DNA of 64,000 nucleotides. Origin: Deltaproteobacteria bacterium (GTDB lineage Bacteria; Desulfobacterota; Binatia; Binatales; Binataceae). Made by a program: the position numbers and the translations under genes. The notes beneath the pieces were generated by a model, which was not told the DNA's origin, ran no database searches, and saw only the letters and a program-made list of their open reading frames with translations. Shown here one piece after another: positions 59,155 through 64,000 of the stretch. Within the stretch, counting starts at the first letter, position 1; every line of letters begins with the position of its first letter. The DNA lies in contig JAJYYI010000017.1 of assembly GCA_021801125.1 (NCBI GenBank), forward strand, positions 33,095 to 97,094. The letters run 5' to 3'.

Positions 59155-59841
59155 TTAGGGCGCCAGATATTCAAAGAGCAGGTAGCCGCAGGTGACGAAT
59201 AGAAGATCGCACGCGGCGAGAATCTTCAGCGGCAGCAGCACGGCCGTCAAACCGCTGCCGCCCAGCACTGCGGTACTGGCTTTAATACCCGCAATTAACT
59301 CCGGCACGTAAAGTGGGGCGGCGAGCAACGCCAGCAGCATCTCTCCCGCACGTAGCCTACTTGTGGTGGTCCCTAGAAGCGTACTTAGGGCGGCAAGGCC
59401 GAGCGCGCCTAAAAGCAATATAGGAATCAACCGCAAAAGGTTTGTGTCAAACTGCAGGTTGAAAAACAACACCAGGAGCAACAATAAGGCCGCCTCGGAC
59501 ACCGCCATCGATAATCCGACGCCTGCCACTTTAGCAACATAGATCGTCGACGGCTCCAGCGGGCTTAGGCGCAGGCCCTTAATACAGTCGTTTTCATGCT
59601 CCGCCGCCACGGCAAGGCTGGCAGCTGGAAGTCCGGAAAGAATGAGCGCGACCCACAGCGCGCCAGCCGCCGACGCCGGACGCCCTCCCGCCTCGGGGCC
59701 GTATGCGATCGCCAAGACCACCAACACTAGCAGCGACAAGACGCAAAGCTCGAGCACAACTCGCCCTCCGCGCCGCTCAAGCGTGAGGTCCTTATGCAAA
59801 AGAAAGCGGAGACCAGCCAGCATCGGTGTGCGCAAAGTCAC
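59155..59841 (-). CDS. ccmB: Heme exporter protein CcmB
   Basis: ABC-2-type six-TM permease between ccmA and ccmC. Confidence 0.7.
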   Translation of the reverse strand: MTLRTPMLAGLRFLLHKDLTLERRGGRVVLELCVLSLLVLVVLAIAYGPEAGGRPASAAGALWVALILSGLPAASLAVAAEHENDCIKGLRLSPLEPSTIYVAKVAGVGLSMAVSEAALLLLLVLFFNLQFDTNLLRLIPILLLGALGLAALSTLLGTTTSRLRAGEMLLALLAAPLYVPELIAGIKASTAVLGGSGLTAVLLPLKILAACDLLFVTCGYLLFEYLAP

Positions 59842-59884
59842 AGGCTGACCATCAAACCAGCTAATGAAAAACCCGCGGCCGTTC

Positions 59885-60577
59885 TCAAGATAGCATCCAC
59901 CGCCAAACTATGCGGCGATTCGCCTCGGCGCCGGCGGGAAGCAGTCGACCCGAGTTCAGGCGGTAGCTTTCCATCTCGGCATCCTTTAGCGCAACCGTTT
60001 CATGTGACGTAACGAGGACGGCGGCTCCGCGCGCCAACCGTTCTTGTAGCAAGTCGACCACTAGCGCCGTGCCCTGCGGGTCAAGCGAAGCAAACGGCTC
60101 GTCGAACAAAATCAGTTCCGGCTCACCGATTAAAGCGCGCGCGATCGCCAAGCGCTGCTCCATTCCCCGCGACAGTTCGCGCGCGCGCTGGTCACCCACC
60201 GCGCTAAGGCCCATGCGTTCGAGCCAGCGCGCCGCATCTTCACTCGCACGCTCGCACCCGTTGAGCTTGGCGTAGAACTCGAGATTCTCGCGGGGGGTCA
60301 GGTTTCGGTACAGCATGCTGCGATGGAGCATCACGCCAACACGGCGGCGGTCCTGGGCCTGCAAACGGCGAACGTCTTGACCGAACATGCGCACCTGACC
60401 CGCGCTGGGCCCGATCAATCCGCACAGGGCGTGCACGAGCGTGGATTTGCCGGCGCCGTTGGCTCCCGTAATCAGCGCCAGGTGCCCGCGTTCCAGCCTT
60501 AGATTAACCTCGGCTAAAACGGACCTTAGCCCAAACATCACGCTGAGGTTCAAAGCCTCGGCCAGCGCAATATTCAT
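59885..60577 (-). CDS. ccmA: Cytochrome c biogenesis ABC transporter ATPase CcmA. The start is taken at the ATG at 60577; the track ORF extends upstream through non-protein-like sequence.
   Basis: Walker A (GANGAGKST). ABC signature (LSRGMEQRLAIARAL). Walker B (ILFDEP). Confidence 0.8.
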   Translation of the reverse strand: MNIALAEALNLSVMFGLRSVLAEVNLRLERGHLALITGANGAGKSTLVHALCGLIGPSAGQVRMFGQDVRRLQAQDRRRVGVMLHRSMLYRNLTPRENLEFYAKLNGCERASEDAARWLERMGLSAVGDQRARELSRGMEQRLAIARALIGEPELILFDEPFASLDPQGTALVVDLLQERLARGAAVLVTSHETVALKDAEMESYRLNSGRLLPAGAEANRRIVWRWMLS

Positions 60578-60749
60578 TGCTCGCACGCAGTGCAACGCAT
60601 CAGCGGGCACAGCGGACCCAAACACGCGCAACCGCTCTGCCCGTATGCTGGCCAGACCGAGGCAAGATTCCCGCAACAGGCACGGCGGACTTGACAAGCC
60701 TGCAGCGCCCAGCACCTTCGGGCAGCCGGTCGATCCGCAAGCATGAGGC

Positions 60750-61358
60750 TCATCGCGCCGTAGAAACGCGAACACCGCAGCTAGAGCAGAATTGCGCCGA
60801 GGCGTAGCGCCTCGCTCCGCAGGCGGGACAAAACCCGTTTTGCATCACTGCCGACCGCGGCCCTTCTGCCGCTCCAGGTTGCCTCCCGAGCGCGTTAGTT
60901 CTCGATACCGCGCCCGGCTGGTCTTTATCAGTTAGCAGAAGAATCGCATCCGGCGCCGCCTCGCGCCCGCCGGCGGAAACCTCGCGCGGCTGCTCCGGCG
61001 AGCTGACAGAGGCTTTGTGGGCGTCTGTTGGATGGGCCTCCGGCGCGTGACGTTCGGCGATCGTCCACTGCTTTTCAACGCGGGGGTTCAGCCGCTCAAG
61101 CGCGGCCATCGCGCTTAGCGCGCGGGCCTCCAAACGGGTGCGCAGCTGCTGATAGTCGGCACGAGAGAGCTTGTTCATCTGATGGTCAAACTCCAACTCG
61201 CGCAACCCGTGGACAGCCTGCGCTCGCTCATGTTCCAGCCGCTCGCGCTGTCCGTCGGGGCCTCTGCTGGCGGGCTCGGCGGAAGAGCCGTAGAGCGGAG
61301 CGCTCACGAAAAGCGCAACCCCGACAAAGAGCAGCAGAGCAGCGATCGCGTAAGTCAT
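60750..61358 (-). CDS. Hypothetical membrane-anchored protein with coiled coil and C-terminal double zinc ribbon, inserted between ccmH and ccmA
   Basis: N-terminal TM helix (AIAALLLFVGVALFVSAPLYG). C-terminal CPACGARRYASAQFCSSCG. Confidence 0.4.
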   Translation of the reverse strand: MTYAIAALLLFVGVALFVSAPLYGSSAEPASRGPDGQRERLEHERAQAVHGLRELEFDHQMNKLSRADYQQLRTRLEARALSAMAALERLNPRVEKQWTIAERHAPEAHPTDAHKASVSSPEQPREVSAGGREAAPDAILLLTDKDQPGAVSRTNALGRQPGAAEGPRSAVMQNGFCPACGARRYASAQFCSSCGVRVSTAR

Positions 61359-61449
61359 CTCAAATCAATCCGAAGCCTCGCCGAAATCCGGCGCTTGGCG
61401 TCGTAACTTTGCCTACCTCGGCGCTCGCGCGTTGGAAATCTCATGCTGG

Positions 61450-61947
61450 CTAGCCAAGCCTCTCCACTTCGCGTCTTAAACGATAACGCAGCTTCACGTC
61501 GTACCCTTGAACCGATTCGTTTGCTTCCGCTATCGGCTTCGACGGGCGAGCACGCCAGCGCGCCAACACGATGAGAATTACGGCCGCGCCGAAAAAAATC
61601 GCCGCAAACGGCATCACCCAGGCGAGCAGATTAAAGCCCTCAGGTTGAGGCGAAGACAAGACCTTTTCCCCGTACTTGGCGCGAAATTGTTCCAAAATCT
61701 GATGCTTGGTCAAACCGGAATTAAGCATCTTCTCAATCTGCTCGCGCACCGGCACGGAAAAACTGCACATCGGATGGTTGCAGTTGGCGACCGTAAGCCC
61801 ACATCCGCACTGACAGGTAAGCCCTTCGGCGACTTCATCTAGGGACGCCCTGGATGGCGCCGAGACAGTGCGCGAGAGCGCCGAGCCGAAAGGCGCAAGG
61901 GCCGCGAGCGAGGCCAGGAGAAAAAGCAGGAACGCCACCCTTCTCAA
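61450..61947 (-). CDS. ccmH: Cytochrome c-type biogenesis protein CcmH/NrfF family
   Basis: Signal peptide. Cys-rich motif (LTCQCGCGLTVANC, in place of the LRCxxC site). CcmH core (...FRAKYGEKVLSSPQP...). C-terminal TM helix. Confidence 0.65.
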   Translation of the reverse strand: MRRVAFLLFLLASLAALAPFGSALSRTVSAPSRASLDEVAEGLTCQCGCGLTVANCNHPMCSFSVPVREQIEKMLNSGLTKHQILEQFRAKYGEKVLSSPQPEGFNLLAWVMPFAAIFFGAAVILIVLARWRARPSKPIAEANESVQGYDVKLRYRLRREVERLG

Positions 61948-63968
61948 AACGACTCGCCCTCGAAATCGGCGGTGTCAGCAGCTTGCCAGCCCAGGGTGCG
62001 GCGCTCCCACGCGCGCGAGATGGCCTCGCGCTCGCGCACGTCCGGCCACATGGCGACCACGGTGCCTAACGCCATCAGAAAGCCGCCAGCCCACAGCCAC
62101 AAGACCAACGGCGTGAGGAAAACCTGGAAGGTCGCGAGGTTGCTCTTCGGATCGAGTCCGGCGAACACTACGTAAAGGTCCGCGCTCGGGGTGGTGCGCA
62201 GAGCGATTTGCGTCGCCGGCTGTTGCTGGCGTTTGTAGAACACCCTGGCCGGCTCCAAAACCCCTAACGAGCGGCCGTCTCGGCTCAACTCAAGGCGCGC
62301 GCCCAGGCGCTCCATATGAAACGTTTCGTCGCCAGACACGCCAAGATATTTGAGCTTATAGTCGCCGATATCCAGGGTTTGGTTCGGCGCCAAACTGCGC
62401 TTGACCTCGACCTTGAAGAAAGATGAAGCGACGATACCCACGAAGGCCATCGCCACGCCCAGGTGGACGATATAGCCGCCGTAGCGACGATTGTTCTTGG
62501 CGACCAGGTTCACCAGGGCGCGCGGCGCCGCCTCGTTCACCGCGCGCCGACGCGCCATCACGCCGCGGCTAAACTCGAGCATGACCGTGGCCGCTACGAA
62601 TGCCGCCAGCGACAGCGCGCTCAACACGTACCATTGGAGCACGCCCAAAGCAGCCGCCGCGGCGCCCACCGCGACGCCGATCACGGCCGGCATGCTGAAG
62701 TTCGCCACCAGGTTGCGCGTCGACGCGCGCCGCCAGGCGATCAGCGGCCCCACACCCATTAGAAAAAGCAGCGCGAGAGCGAGCGGGGCGTTCACCTCGT
62801 TGAAAAAGGGCGGTCCAACGGTGATTTTCACGCCGCGGACGGCCTCGGAGATGATCGGAAATACCGTGCCCCAGAACACCGCAAAGGCGATGCCAACCAA
62901 AACCAGGTTGTTAAAAAGAAAGGCCGCTTCCCGCGAAAGGAACGACTCAAGCTCGGCTGTGCTGCGCAACAGCTTCACGCGATAAAGTAGCAGCGCGGTG
63001 TAACATACGACGACCACCCCCAGAAAGGTGCTGAAGTAGGGACCGAGGCCGGATTGCGTAAACGAATGGACCGAGGAGATCACGCCGCTGCGTGTGATGA
63101 ATGTACCAAACAGCGTCAGAGCGAAAGCAAGACCTATCAGCGCGAGGTTCCATACCTTCAGCATGTCCTTGCGCTCCTGGATCATCACCGAATGCAGGTA
63201 CGCGGTCATCATCAGCCACGGCATAAAGGCCGCATTTTCCACCGGGTCCCAGGCCCAATAGCCACCCCAGCCTAACACCTCGTACGCCCAGCGCGCGCCG
63301 AACAGGTTGCCCAACGTGAGAAAGAACCATGAGAACAGCGCCCAACGGCGGGTGCGCCGAATCCACGCGTCGTCCAGGCGGCCGCTCACCATCGCCGCTA
63401 CTGCGAAGGCAAAGGGAACCGTTGTGCTTACATAGCCGGTGTAGAGCGAGGGCGGATGAATCGCCATCCAGTAGTTTTGCAGCAACGGGTTGAGGTCGCC
63501 CCCCTCCGGCGGGCGCGGAAAAGCTCGCGCGAACGGCGGCGTGACGAAGTTCAACATTATCAAGAAGAAACTCGCCACCGCGGCCAGAGTGAAAAGTGCG
63601 TAGGGCGTCAGCTCAAGACCAGTATCGCGGTTTTGCCAAGCCACTATCGCGGCAAAAATCGCCAACAGAAAGGTCCACAACAACAGCGAACCCTCCTGTC
63701 CGCCCCATAGCGCCGTGATCTTATAAAAAGTCGGCAGCGTAGTGCTCGAATGCTGGGCGACGTACTTGATCGCAAAGTCGCTGCTGAAAAGCGCGTTCAA
63801 GAGCACGCCGGTCGCGATCGCCACCATACCGGCCATCGCCCACAACGCATGACTCGCGCTCTCGACCAGCGCGGGCATTTTCCGCCTCGCACCCATAAGA
63901 CTGGCGCCGCAAGCGTATAGCGCGAGCAAAAGCGCAAGGGCTAGGGCAAAACTACCGATAAAAACCAT
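61944..63968 (-). CDS. ccmF: Cytochrome c-type biogenesis protein CcmF (heme lyase subunit)
   Basis: WWD domain (WGGYWAWDPVENAAFMPWL). More than 12 TM helices. 674 aa. Confidence 0.9.
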   Translation of the reverse strand: MVFIGSFALALALLLALYACGASLMGARRKMPALVESASHALWAMAGMVAIATGVLLNALFSSDFAIKYVAQHSSTTLPTFYKITALWGGQEGSLLLWTFLLAIFAAIVAWQNRDTGLELTPYALFTLAAVASFFLIMLNFVTPPFARAFPRPPEGGDLNPLLQNYWMAIHPPSLYTGYVSTTVPFAFAVAAMVSGRLDDAWIRRTRRWALFSWFFLTLGNLFGARWAYEVLGWGGYWAWDPVENAAFMPWLMMTAYLHSVMIQERKDMLKVWNLALIGLAFALTLFGTFITRSGVISSVHSFTQSGLGPYFSTFLGVVVVCYTALLLYRVKLLRSTAELESFLSREAAFLFNNLVLVGIAFAVFWGTVFPIISEAVRGVKITVGPPFFNEVNAPLALALLFLMGVGPLIAWRRASTRNLVANFSMPAVIGVAVGAAAAALGVLQWYVLSALSLAAFVAATVMLEFSRGVMARRRAVNEAAPRALVNLVAKNNRRYGGYIVHLGVAMAFVGIVASSFFKVEVKRSLAPNQTLDIGDYKLKYLGVSGDETFHMERLGARLELSRDGRSLGVLEPARVFYKRQQQPATQIALRTTPSADLYVVFAGLDPKSNLATFQVFLTPLVLWLWAGGFLMALGTVVAMWPDVREREAISRAWERRTLGWQAADTADFEGESF

Positions 63969-64000
63969 AGCTCCCTATTACAATCGCAATGGACCGCTGC

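Overview
The window is a 64-kb chromosomal segment from a high-GC (~65%) Gram-negative bacterium. Evidence for the Gram-negative call: a System-I cytochrome c maturation (ccm) operon, an outer-membrane beta-barrel protein, a SPOR domain and a bactofilin. The gene content resembles Myxococcota, Desulfobacterota or a related uncultured lineage, but no lineage can be assigned from sequence alone. Most of the window is housekeeping. It holds an F1/b/b' ATP synthase operon (atpF'-F-H-A-G-D-C) that lacks atpB/atpE, ffs-dnaX-ybaB-recR, tilS-ftsH, cbpA/cbpM, ccmFH..ABCD, cbiA-cobQ-cysK, ispD, cdnL, nagA, fabG and aguAB. No transposases, integrases or CRISPR arrays were seen. Four features stand out. 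(1) A lipid-biosynthesis island at 1-10.4 kb centres on a 1482-aa reductase/acyl-AMP ligase/ACP/acyltransferase fusion that resembles myxobacterial ElbD (ether-lipid synthesis). It is translationally coupled to a LarA-family (nickel-pincer-nucleotide racemase-like) protein with the His-Lys-His active-site spacing conserved, and flanked by HAD and dual-specificity phosphatases and a CDP-alcohol phosphatidyltransferase. (2) An ArsC/Spx-family reductase gene at 44.7 kb has an in-frame TGA at the catalytic Cys position followed by a SECIS-like hairpin, making it a candidate selenoprotein that an ORF caller truncates. (3) An Fe-S-type LarE sulfur-insertase homologue is co-operonic with cysK and cobalamin amidases, but no larB or larC is in the window. 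(4) Two unusual proteins are present: a 561-aa secreted thaumatin-family protein, and a Ser/Thr kinase fused to an adenylyl-cyclase domain and a C-terminal SPOR domain. A lower-GC 0.8-kb intergenic region upstream of an outer-membrane-protein gene carries a strong sigma70-like promoter, several hairpins and a duplicated ~100-bp leader. A signal recognition particle RNA (ffs) lies upstream of dnaX.
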